From: a virus
Taxonomy: Duplodnaviria > Caudoviricetes
Reading direction: 5' to 3' (one strand)
IMG/VR virus record: IMGVR_UViG_3300046779_002061
Coordinates: 1 to 41,466 of that record
Length of the DNA: 41,466 nucleotides
Shown piece after piece: positions 16,441-25,136 of this stretch. The translations under genes were made by a program, and so were the position numbers. Under the pieces are notes generated by a model. The model made no database searches and was not told the DNA's origin. It was given only the letters and a program-made list of their open reading frames with translations. Within the stretch, counting starts at the first letter, position 1. Each line of letters starts with the position of its first letter.

Positions 16441-19233
16441 ATGCCATTCCGATCACAGGCACAGTGGAAGTGGGCATTTGCCACGAATCAAGATTTTGCA
16501 CGGCAGTGGGCACGCGAAACGCCCGGTGGCAAGCGCAAGTTCACGCGCCTCTCCAAGAAACTCGGCATGAAGGCGGCCATGGATGAGTACATGACGTCAT
16601 ACAAGGCCGAGCGTGAGTATGTGCGTGACAACTCGGGCAAGTTCGCCGAAAAGCCGGGTGGTGGTATCGACAAAGTCGAGCAGGCAAAGAAGCGCGTGGA
16701 GGGATTTGCCAAGCCTAAAAAAGGTGGTGGTGGTAAGGCTCCTAAGAAAACCGCAGCACAGCGGTCAGCCGAGCGTGCTACCGAGGCGCGCGATAACGCC
16801 ATGAGCACGCTGGATAAAGTGGGATTCGATGCGAGTGATTACGAGCTCCTCAACACGGATGCGTCACAAGATGCCAACGATCCATCAGTCCAACGCCTCC
16901 TCGACAAGGGCCTCATGGAGAAAGTCGGCGACAAGGTGTATGTATCATCACTTGGCAAGCAGGTGACATCAGCCGCCGAGTCAGGCAACGCCGACCGAGC
17001 ACGACAGGCTATCGACCGTGCAGACGCCAAGCGCGCCGAGCGTGATGCACGCCAGCAAGCACGAGATGCTAAACGCGCTGAAGCCGAGGCGAAGCGTGAG
17101 GCCAAGCGACAGGAAGCCGAGGAGAAAAAGAAGAAACCAAAAGGCGGCGGCGGTAAGGGTGGCGCAAAGAAGCCTGATGCAACTGCCAAGCGCACCGAGG
17201 CAAAGAAGAAGCGCGAAGCTGTCAAGCGTGAGCGACAGATTGCACGCCTTGAGCAACGTCTCGAGCGCGAGACCGATGGCGATGTGGCAATTGCACTCCG
17301 TGATGAGATTGAGCGATTGCAGAGCACTAAGACCATCAAGGCTGATGGCCACGCACCGCCCGATGGCGTGCGCCAAGCGGCAAAGCGTGGCCTCGAGTTG
17401 CGCTCGCAGTTTGGGCGTGGTGGCACGGCCGTTGGTATCGCTCGAGCACGCGACCTAAGCAACGGTACACGAGTGAGTGACAGTACCATCAAGCGCATGG
17501 TCAGCTTCTTTGCACGGCATGCTGTCGATAAGCGGCCGGGCTGGGGTGATCCTGCTAATCCGACCAATGGGTACATCGCTCACTTGCTCTGGGGTGGCGG
17601 CGCTGGCAAGGCATGGGCGAATAAAATTGCACGACAGCTTGACGCCATGACGGTCAAGGAAAACATCCCAACTAATCCCGACCTCTGGAAGCGGGCAATC
17701 GCCGCAGCTAAGCGTCGCTATAGTGTCTATCCATCACGCTATGCAAGTGCGTTCGCCTCGACGTGGTATCGCTCTCGTGGTGGTAAATGGCGAGTCAAGT
17801 CTACTGCAACTAAATCCGCAAACGCACCTGCACAGATGACGGTGTACAAATCGAAGGATGGTTATCGCTGGGTGGCCATCAGCTCCACGGCCTATCGCGA
17901 TCGAGACAAAGAGATTGTGTCAACCAAGGCGCTCAAAGGCGCACTCGAGAAAGCACAGGCATCAGGTGAGTATGGCCCGCTCCGCTTCTGGCACGTGCCC
18001 GGACTGGATATCGGCACCACTGACTATCAGGCGCTCAGTGATGACGGCAAATATCTTGTCGAGAGTGGCATCGTGACCAATGACGCTGTGGCCGAGGCGC
18101 TCATGCAGAAGGGCAAGGGCTGGCAGGTATCAATCGGCTTCGAACATCCAAAAACCGAGCCTGATGGCGATGGAGTGTTCGAGAACATTCGCATCTTCGA
18201 GCGGTCAATCACCCCACCCGGACGTGCGGCGAATCCAATGACGGGATTCGATATGGTAAGTGACGAGGTGACTGCCACTAAGTCCGTATCATACAAGCAT
18301 GGCAAGCACGATCAGTCCAGTCATGGACGTAAGACCGCTCGACGTGCGGCATATCAGGCGGCGTATAGCGCAGCAAAAGCCGAGGGGAAGTCCGTCACTG
18401 AGGCTCGTGATGCGGCAAAATCAGCATCACGTGTGGAGCTGGAGAAGCGCGTCGCAGAGCGCCGTGCAGAGGTTGCACAACGTGCCGCCGAGCGTGCGGC
18501 GAAACGTGCGCAGGATAAAGCTGGCACGCAAAATCCGACATATTCCAGCGCTGATAGTATAGCTAATGCGAAGCTGACAACCATCGACCCTGCCACTGGC
18601 GAAGTGAAATCCACACCCCTATTTACACCATCATCAATTAATGCCCCAAATCGACCTGGACTAGATGCACCGCTAACCGATTCGGTTCAGTATGAGTACG
18701 CAGCCGCGCCTACTCCAAATGGTGGAGCAAATAGAGTGGTTTCGCGTGCAGTGAACTCTGCACTTGATTCAATGCCAGTCAGTGATGTATATGGAAATCA
18801 ATATGGGCTATCAAGTATTCCATCATATCTAAAGCCAAATTCAATCGGAATCGCATCTGATGGGTCAGCATATTTATTAGTAGGATTTAATCCAATTGCT
18901 ATCACAGACAGGCCAACCACCGGGGCTAGTGGCAAGCCGGTGTCGCTAACTACTGCACAGGCAAGCGCTATTATCGCTCGATATAATGCGGAAACTGGAT
19001 TGAACCTTCGACTAGGAATTCCAAAAGTCAAGGATTCCTCGATTATCAATCCAAATGCACAAGCAGTGATTCGTAATGGCGGAAAGGTTTGGTCTGGATC
19101 GCGAATTTATGTTAATGATAAACGCATTCCATCTGGCGGAAAGCTTTACTATGATATTGGCGGTCAAAAGTGGTCGGCAAGCGGCGTGCCAGATGATGTC
19201 GCATCGACGCTTATCGCACAGTACTCACAATAG
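16441..19233 (+). CDS. Multidomain protein containing an HK97-like prohead protease (aa ~459-614)
   Basis: SSTAYRDRDKEIVS, LRFWH...IG, VSIGF, ERSITPPGRAANP; located between portal/neck and scaffold/capsid. Confidence 0.75.
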   Translation: MPFRSQAQWKWAFATNQDFARQWARETPGGKRKFTRLSKKLGMKAAMDEYMTSYKAEREYVRDNSGKFAEKPGGGIDKVEQAKKRVEGFAKPKKGGGGKAPKKTAAQRSAERATEARDNAMSTLDKVGFDASDYELLNTDASQDANDPSVQRLLDKGLMEKVGDKVYVSSLGKQVTSAAESGNADRARQAIDRADAKRAERDARQQARDAKRAEAEAKREAKRQEAEEKKKKPKGGGGKGGAKKPDATAKRTEAKKKREAVKRERQIARLEQRLERETDGDVAIALRDEIERLQSTKTIKADGHAPPDGVRQAAKRGLELRSQFGRGGTAVGIARARDLSNGTRVSDSTIKRMVSFFARHAVDKRPGWGDPANPTNGYIAHLLWGGGAGKAWANKIARQLDAMTVKENIPTNPDLWKRAIAAAKRRYSVYPSRYASAFASTWYRSRGGKWRVKSTATKSANAPAQMTVYKSKDGYRWVAISSTAYRDRDKEIVSTKALKGALEKAQASGEYGPLRFWHVPGLDIGTTDYQALSDDGKYLVESGIVTNDAVAEALMQKGKGWQVSIGFEHPKTEPDGDGVFENIRIFERSITPPGRAANPMTGFDMVSDEVTATKSVSYKHGKHDQSSHGRKTARRAAYQAAYSAAKAEGKSVTEARDAAKSASRVELEKRVAERRAEVAQRAAERAAKRAQDKAGTQNPTYSSADSIANAKLTTIDPATGEVKSTPLFTPSSINAPNRPGLDAPLTDSVQYEYAAAPTPNGGANRVVSRAVNSALDSMPVSDVYGNQYGLSSIPSYLKPNSIGIASDGSAYLLVGFNPIAITDRPTTGASGKPVSLTTAQASAIIARYNAETGLNLRLGIPKVKDSSIINPNAQAVIRNGGKVWSGSRIYVNDKRIPSGGKLYYDIGGQKWSASGVPDDVASTLIAQYSQ

Positions 19234-19242
19234 GAGACATCT

Positions 19243-19674
19243 ATGAGCTTCATTCACCGAGTTAAGGCGGCGCTCAATATTCCGTCGCAAGTCCAAGCGC
19301 AAGCAGCCATCGTTGGCCCCGATGTCATGCTCAATATCCCGGGTGGCACGTACACCGCTACGCTCACCGCTGATGTGTGGGATGCGTACGGCCGTGAGTG
19401 GGCGACATCGATGAGTCGTCTCACTGCCGGTGGTCCATTCGGGATTCGCGTGTGGCAACGCGAGAACGCTCGATCGCCATGGCAGCAAATCATCTTTCGA
19501 CAGGACTGCCACGGCACGCTCTATGTCATCCGTGACCAGCTCTGGTTCGTGTGGAACCTGCCAAACTTTCGGGGGAGTGGGCGCAATCAGATTTTGACTT
19601 ACCGCCATACTCGACCAACAGCTACCACGGCATCGAGTGATGGGGTTGTCGGGTCTGATATGTACGAGGCGTAA
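19243..19674 (+). CDS. Hypothetical protein
   Basis: TAGGAG SD, 143 aa. Confidence 0.75.
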   Translation: MSFIHRVKAALNIPSQVQAQAAIVGPDVMLNIPGGTYTATLTADVWDAYGREWATSMSRLTAGGPFGIRVWQRENARSPWQQIIFRQDCHGTLYVIRDQLWFVWNLPNFRGSGRNQILTYRHTRPTATTASSDGVVGSDMYEA

Positions 19675-19684
19675 AAAATGTAGC

Positions 19685-19714
19685 GACCGCGCCTCGAAGA
19701 GGGATGGCGCGGTC
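19685..19714 (+). other. Intergenic hairpin GACCGCGCC...GGCGCGGTC (possible terminator or processing site)
   Basis: 9-bp GC-rich inverted repeat; no clear U-tract. Confidence 0.45.
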
Positions 19715-19773
19715 ATGGGTTATTGTACCACAGATTATGCATGCGTATGATACATGCAGGGGGAGGAGATTCC

Positions 19774-20433
19774 ATGCTAACTGCCGAGAAGAAGAAGGCG
19801 TTGTCGGATTTGGTGGGCGAGTCGGTTGCTGAACGACTTATCTCGACCATGCAGACGCGCGAAAAGGAAGCCCAGATGCAAGGCGTGAGCTATAAGGGGT
19901 TGGACGTCCCGACCGCTGATGAGATTGCGGCGATCCTTGGGTCATGGGATATGAAGGGAAACACCATGCCAACCAACGAAACCCTGAAACAAGAGGGCGA
20001 GGAGACCGTGGTCGAAGAGACTGAGGAAATGGACGAAGAGGAAGGCGACGAGGGCGAGGAGGAATCACTCTTGTCCGAAGCCGAAATCAAAGCCATTGCC
20101 AAGGCCGTCGCCGAGATGATTAGTGGCACCATGAAAGAGATGAGTGAGGAGCTCAAGGGCTACATGGGCAAGCGCGAGAAAGACGATAGCGCCATCGCTC
20201 ATGCCGAAGCACAGGTTGCTGCACTCGAGGAGATGGTCAAGACCATCAAGGAAGTCAGCAAGCGTCTTGAGGCACTCGAGGCTGTCGCTGGCAAGCCGTA
20301 CCGCCCATCAGAGGCTGGTAACAACGTGCTTGGTCAAAGCGCAACCACAAAGTCGGCCGACGTTCCTGCAGGCCTTGATCCACAGTACCACGACGCATAT
20401 CGCGCATTGGCCGATATGAATCTTTTCCGTTAG
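19774..20433 (+). CDS. Capsid scaffolding protein
   Basis: Acidic, coiled-coil, immediately upstream of major capsid; GGAGGAG SD. Confidence 0.75.
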   Translation: MLTAEKKKALSDLVGESVAERLISTMQTREKEAQMQGVSYKGLDVPTADEIAAILGSWDMKGNTMPTNETLKQEGEETVVEETEEMDEEEGDEGEEESLLSEAEIKAIAKAVAEMISGTMKEMSEELKGYMGKREKDDSAIAHAEAQVAALEEMVKTIKEVSKRLEALEAVAGKPYRPSEAGNNVLGQSATTKSADVPAGLDPQYHDAYRALADMNLFR

Positions 20434-20451
20434 GGATAGGAGATACTACCC

Positions 20452-21894
20452 ATGACCACACAGCTGACCAACGAGCAGATGAAGGTTTTGGACGCACTCG
20501 TCCAAGAGCGCTACAAAGCCTCATCCGCCACCACTGGCATTGCGCCAACTGGTAACAATGCACTCTTCAATACCCCCGGCCTCAATCCGTTGGTACCAAC
20601 CACCTACGTGCCACCAAAGGGCGTCGAGCAATTCCTCGAGCGCAACGGGCATGTCAAATCGAGCACCTACATGCAAGAGGTGTACGGTATCATCACTGGC
20701 CAAACTGCCGACAGTGGCAACGATCCAACCACGCCATGTTCAGACGAGGCCGCAACTCCGGGGAGCCTCAAGTTCTGTCAGCAGGTGTGGCCGTTCGGCG
20801 AGTTCACCATGAACTCAAAGTCGATTCGCATGGACAACCTCGGCGAGCTGGTGAACAGCGCCTCGCCAATTGACTTGCAGTTGATGAACAACCCATTTGC
20901 GACCGAGGTTGCGACACAAACGGTGCCAATGCAAGTGAACGAGATTTTCCGTTCAGCCATCGCTAAAGAAATGGTCGAGTTGGCCAATGGCTTCAGCCGT
21001 CGCTACGCTCGCCAAATCTGGACGGGCAACCCGGCTAACACCGTCGGCAACAGCGGTGGTACATTGCAGTTCAACGGTCTCCAGCGCATGGTGAACACGG
21101 GCTACCGTGATGCCATCAGTGGTACCGCTTGTTCGGCTGCTGACTCACTCGTGATGGACGCCAACAACATCATCATCCAGAACAACGCAGGTACGGTTGT
21201 GCGCAACTTCGTTGAGGCATACCGCTCACGCTTGAAGTTGGCCGATGATATCCAATTCGGCGACGTGCAGTACGCATGGGTCATGCGCTATCAGCTGTTC
21301 CTCGCCTTGACCGATATCTGGCCATGCGCATACCTCACCTATCGCTGTTACACGGCCGCTCCAAGTGGTTCAAGCGCCACGGGCTTTGTTGATACCAGCG
21401 CACAGGCCACGTTGCGTGACGAGATGCGCCGCGGAATGTTCCTGCTGATCGATGGCGTGCAAGTGCCCGTCATTATCGACAACACCCTCGACGAGGCCAA
21501 CAGCGGCAACGGCAACTTCATCAGCGATGCCTACCTCTTGCCTCTCGCAGGCGGCGGCATGGGTCAGCTGCTGTACATGGAGTACTTCAACTACCGCAAT
21601 CAGTACGGCTTGGGCGGTCAGTTGGCAGGCGCATTCGCTGGTCAGAACTTCAAGGTGTCGTCCGATGGTCGCTTCGTGACCGTCATGCTCGCACCCAATG
21701 GCTTCTGTCAGCAGATTCAGATGCGCACTCGCAAGCGTGTGATTCTCCGCACGCCATTCCTCGCAGCCCGCATCGACAACCTGCAGTACAACGTGTACGT
21801 GCATGAGCGCGAGTGGCAGCCCGGAACCAGCTTCTTCGAGAACGGTGGCAACACCTCATTCGTTGGCCAGCAGTTCCAAAGCCCAATCGCTTAA
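20452..21894 (+). CDS. Major capsid protein
   Basis: Position after scaffold; QIWTGNP...QFNGL.R HK97-fold-type motif; strong SD. Confidence 0.8.
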   Translation: MTTQLTNEQMKVLDALVQERYKASSATTGIAPTGNNALFNTPGLNPLVPTTYVPPKGVEQFLERNGHVKSSTYMQEVYGIITGQTADSGNDPTTPCSDEAATPGSLKFCQQVWPFGEFTMNSKSIRMDNLGELVNSASPIDLQLMNNPFATEVATQTVPMQVNEIFRSAIAKEMVELANGFSRRYARQIWTGNPANTVGNSGGTLQFNGLQRMVNTGYRDAISGTACSAADSLVMDANNIIIQNNAGTVVRNFVEAYRSRLKLADDIQFGDVQYAWVMRYQLFLALTDIWPCAYLTYRCYTAAPSGSSATGFVDTSAQATLRDEMRRGMFLLIDGVQVPVIIDNTLDEANSGNGNFISDAYLLPLAGGGMGQLLYMEYFNYRNQYGLGGQLAGAFAGQNFKVSSDGRFVTVMLAPNGFCQQIQMRTRKRVILRTPFLAARIDNLQYNVYVHEREWQPGTSFFENGGNTSFVGQQFQSPIA

Positions 21895-21909
21895 GGATAG
21901 GAGGGAGAG

Positions 21910-23007
21910 ATGGAGCGGATCTCTCCCGACGCAATGTCGGGATTACCCACGGTATCAATCGTCATTCCTTGCGGCGGCTCACACCATCAGTACGTTGGTG
22001 TGGCCGTCGCGTCGTGCGTGTGGCAGACATACCAAAACCTCGAGGTCATTGTGGTTGATGACGGACCCGTGGCGATTGGCGACTATGCCGACTCACGCGT
22101 GAAGGTCATCAAGAGTCGCAATCATGGCACGACGACCACGCTCAATCGACCAGCGTGCGCCCGTAATGACGGCATCGCACACGCCACTGGCGAGTTCGTG
22201 ATATTCCTCGATGCGGATGACTACCTACTCCCCAAGGGCGTTGAGGTGCTCATGCGTGGCCATGCATCGCACGACAAGAGTTACACCTTCAGCTCGCATT
22301 ATGCAGGCACACGCCACCAACGCCCACCAGACTACGACCAAAAACTGTATGCCAAGTTCAACATTCATCCCATCACCTGCCTCATTCCCCTCGATGCCGT
22401 GCGAGCGGTCGGCGGATTTGATGAGCGTGCACCCGGGTGGGAGGATTGGACACTGTACCTGCGTCTCGCCATCGCAGGCTACTGTGGCGCATATTATCGT
22501 GGCCCAATTTTCGTGTATCAGGTTCAGCACTCAATTGTCCACCATGCCGATGTGGCAGGTGGGCAGGAGCTGATGGACAGAGTTATCGCGCCATACCAAA
22601 ATGAGAAGGGGGAAATCGCTATGGCCTGCTGTGGATCATCGCCAAAGACGGCATTTAAAACTGCAGTTGCATCACTAGGAGAGGCACCAACTATGGACGG
22701 CATGCAAACACTCGAGTATATCGGCGACCAGCAAGGGTCGTTTATCTTGCAGCACCCCGTGAGCAAGCGCACCTACAAGGCTGGGCGCAATGCATCCGTG
22801 CGTTACCTGAATGTCCCCGCCGAGGATGTGAGCTATTTCCTCGCCTTCGGCACGTTCCGTGTGGTCATGCCTGAAACACCATACACGCCACCACCTGCAC
22901 CTGCCGAGCTTGCCGAGGTAGTCGAGCCAGTCGTTGAGCCTGTGGCAGAAGTCCAAGCCACGACCACGACGGTTAAAACCACGCTTCGTGCGCCAAAGAA
23001 GGCCTAG
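21910..23007 (+). CDS. GT2 glycosyltransferase fused to a C-terminal MACCG-starting, Pro/Thr-tailed domain
   Basis: VSIVIP, EVIVVDDG, ARNDGI..ATGEFVIFLDADD, GGFDE...WEDW. Confidence 0.85.
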   Translation: MERISPDAMSGLPTVSIVIPCGGSHHQYVGVAVASCVWQTYQNLEVIVVDDGPVAIGDYADSRVKVIKSRNHGTTTTLNRPACARNDGIAHATGEFVIFLDADDYLLPKGVEVLMRGHASHDKSYTFSSHYAGTRHQRPPDYDQKLYAKFNIHPITCLIPLDAVRAVGGFDERAPGWEDWTLYLRLAIAGYCGAYYRGPIFVYQVQHSIVHHADVAGGQELMDRVIAPYQNEKGEIAMACCGSSPKTAFKTAVASLGEAPTMDGMQTLEYIGDQQGSFILQHPVSKRTYKAGRNASVRYLNVPAEDVSYFLAFGTFRVVMPETPYTPPPAPAELAEVVEPVVEPVAEVQATTTTVKTTLRAPKKA

Positions 23008-23009
23008 TC

Positions 23010-23624
23010 ATGCTGTACGCTGTTCTGCCGTGCCATAAACGCCTCGAGCAGACAGAGGCACTTGTGCCACGCCTTCGCGCGATGGCAGGGCTACCGATTA
23101 CCGTGATTGCAGTTGGTGGGCAAGAGTCGGCCGTAGTCGTGCGTGCGTGTGCAAACGTTGGCGCACGTGGGGTGATCGCCACGCAAGAGCGCTTGAGCTA
23201 CTGGCAAGCGATGGATCTCGCTACCCGTGAGTTGCCAAGCGAGGCTGTGGTCGCCAACGTGGCGAATGATGTTTTGCCAATGTGGCGATGGTTCCAAATT
23301 GCACAGCAACGCCTCGGTAGTATGTCGGTCATTGGGTTCAATGGCGATGGACACGACATCCACCATGCCTGCCATTTCCTCACATCGATGCACTACATTC
23401 GAAGCCTTGGTGGTTGGCCAACATGGTATAAGCATAATTATGGCGACACCGAGATTTGCGCCCGTGCCATCGAGCAGCGAACATTCTATAAGGAGCCGTG
23501 GGCTGTACTCTATCATAACCACGTGGTCATGGGCAATACGCCTGATGAGGCGCACGCCGACATCCCACCAGATGACCATGATCGGCGACTCTTTCGCCAA
23601 CGACGGGAGGCAGGATGGAAATAA
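23010..23624 (+). CDS. GT2-like glycosyltransferase
   Basis: AVLP.H.R, NDV (DxD-like), LGGW..Y.H.YGDTE, LYHNH. Confidence 0.65.
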   Translation: MLYAVLPCHKRLEQTEALVPRLRAMAGLPITVIAVGGQESAVVVRACANVGARGVIATQERLSYWQAMDLATRELPSEAVVANVANDVLPMWRWFQIAQQRLGSMSVIGFNGDGHDIHHACHFLTSMHYIRSLGGWPTWYKHNYGDTEICARAIEQRTFYKEPWAVLYHNHVVMGNTPDEAHADIPPDDHDRRLFRQRREAGWK

Positions 23625-23884
23625 TCACACACGTTGCACTGTGGCTCATCATCTACCGCATATCGACGGACATTGCGTGGATGGATGGCCCAATGGATGC
23701 GTTCGCCCACTTTCGAGGCGCTGTCATTTCACGCTTTGGCAGTAGCCATTGGCTGTCCGTCGGTGTGCAGTGCCCTATCTGTATTTCTTTTTGGGTGGGC
23801 GGTATACTAGCGATAGCGATGCTTGATTGGCGCGTATTCGCAGGTGCGGGATTCACCACGCTTGCGATTCGATGGAGTAGGTAG
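23615..23884 (+). CDS. DUF1360-like membrane protein
   Basis: YRIS..I...DGP...F..FR and CPICISFW motifs, hydrophobic helices. Confidence 0.72.
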   Translation: MEIITHVALWLIIYRISTDIAWMDGPMDAFAHFRGAVISRFGSSHWLSVGVQCPICISFWVGGILAIAMLDWRVFAGAGFTTLAIRWSR

Positions 23885-25126
23885 ATGACACTCTCACTCG
23901 CACGGTGGCTCCAGTACATGCAGATGCACCCATGGCATAGCATGCAGCTAGCCACAAAAGGCGCAAACTCACTTATTCCAATCCAGAGCTCATGCAACGG
24001 CTTGGTATTTGAGTACGCATGGCAGGTTGCCGACCGTGGCGGACGTGCGGACATCCGACGCGCGATCGCCGAGGCGGAAGTGCAGTGGAACGAGCAAGCC
24101 AACTTCCCTGCACGGCCGACATTCAAGACCGCAACCCTCGAGTGGCCACGCATGGGCAACAAGGCGCTCACACGCTGGACAGCCCTCGATCTGCAGGGCG
24201 AGTGGATGAATGTACGCTTGCCTGATGGGCATGTAAACGCCATCGGGTACGACCACATCACCACGGCCGTCAATGCGCCGATTGTCTATAGTGATGAGGA
24301 TGGCGATGGGCTCTTTGAGACTGCAACCATCACGGCCACGGTGCCAAGCGGAACAACGTCCGACCAGTTGCACATTACCTTTGTGGCAGCTGACGTGCTC
24401 TATCCCGACACACCATCGATTCCTATCCGTGAGGCGTCGATTGCGGGCACAACGGCTACAATTCGCATAGACACCTACAATCTGGTTCGGCCTATCCTGT
24501 ATACGATACCGAAACCAGATTCTCTTGACCCTACGATACTGCCACCGACCGCAGGAAGCCCGTTTGCGTCCACTGTGGATGTGGCACGGCGTTACTGCGA
24601 TCCGACTGGAACCACGCTCGATACTGCACAGGCGGTGTTCATCTGGGAGAGTACGCCCATCCCCCCATGGGCAACATTCACGATTAACACGGTCACTCCT
24701 GACCCCGCCGCACTCGCGTATGCTATAGGCCGCGTCGGGATTCGGGATGCAGATGCAGGTATCGTCTATCTCGGGCAGGGTGTGTATGATAGCACTTCAG
24801 GGACATGGACGGGTCGTGTAGACTTCAGCAACTGCCGACCGCCTGACCGTGTTCTGATTCGCTATCATGCAGGTCGGGACAGCACCCAAGTGGATATGGC
24901 GATTGCACAGCTATCGGCAGCGAATCTCGCTCGTCCTATCTGTGCATGTCAGCCATCCAACAAAGAGTTGTCAGAGTGGCAGACCGACCTCTCGAGGGTG
25001 GGAGCGACCAATGAGCTGTACTCGGTTCCTGTGGACGTGAGCAATCCATTCGGGAGTCGTCGGGGTCACATATACGCATGGCGCACTCTGCAAAACCTGC
25101 GAGTTACGCCCGGATTCTTAGCATAG
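23885..25126 (+). CDS. Head-tail connector / virion structural protein
   Basis: Position; AIAEAE helix, IRYHAG...AIAQL, NPFGSRRG..YAW. Confidence 0.6.
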   Translation: MTLSLARWLQYMQMHPWHSMQLATKGANSLIPIQSSCNGLVFEYAWQVADRGGRADIRRAIAEAEVQWNEQANFPARPTFKTATLEWPRMGNKALTRWTALDLQGEWMNVRLPDGHVNAIGYDHITTAVNAPIVYSDEDGDGLFETATITATVPSGTTSDQLHITFVAADVLYPDTPSIPIREASIAGTTATIRIDTYNLVRPILYTIPKPDSLDPTILPPTAGSPFASTVDVARRYCDPTGTTLDTAQAVFIWESTPIPPWATFTINTVTPDPAALAYAIGRVGIRDADAGIVYLGQGVYDSTSGTWTGRVDFSNCRPPDRVLIRYHAGRDSTQVDMAIAQLSAANLARPICACQPSNKELSEWQTDLSRVGATNELYSVPVDVSNPFGSRRGHIYAWRTLQNLRVTPGFLA

Positions 25127-25136
25127 GGAGACACTC

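Noticed and set aside
16839-17576. 245-aa minus-strand ORF and similar antisense ORFs over structural genes
   Set aside because: Shadow frames of GC-rich, low-complexity sense genes; no motifs or SD
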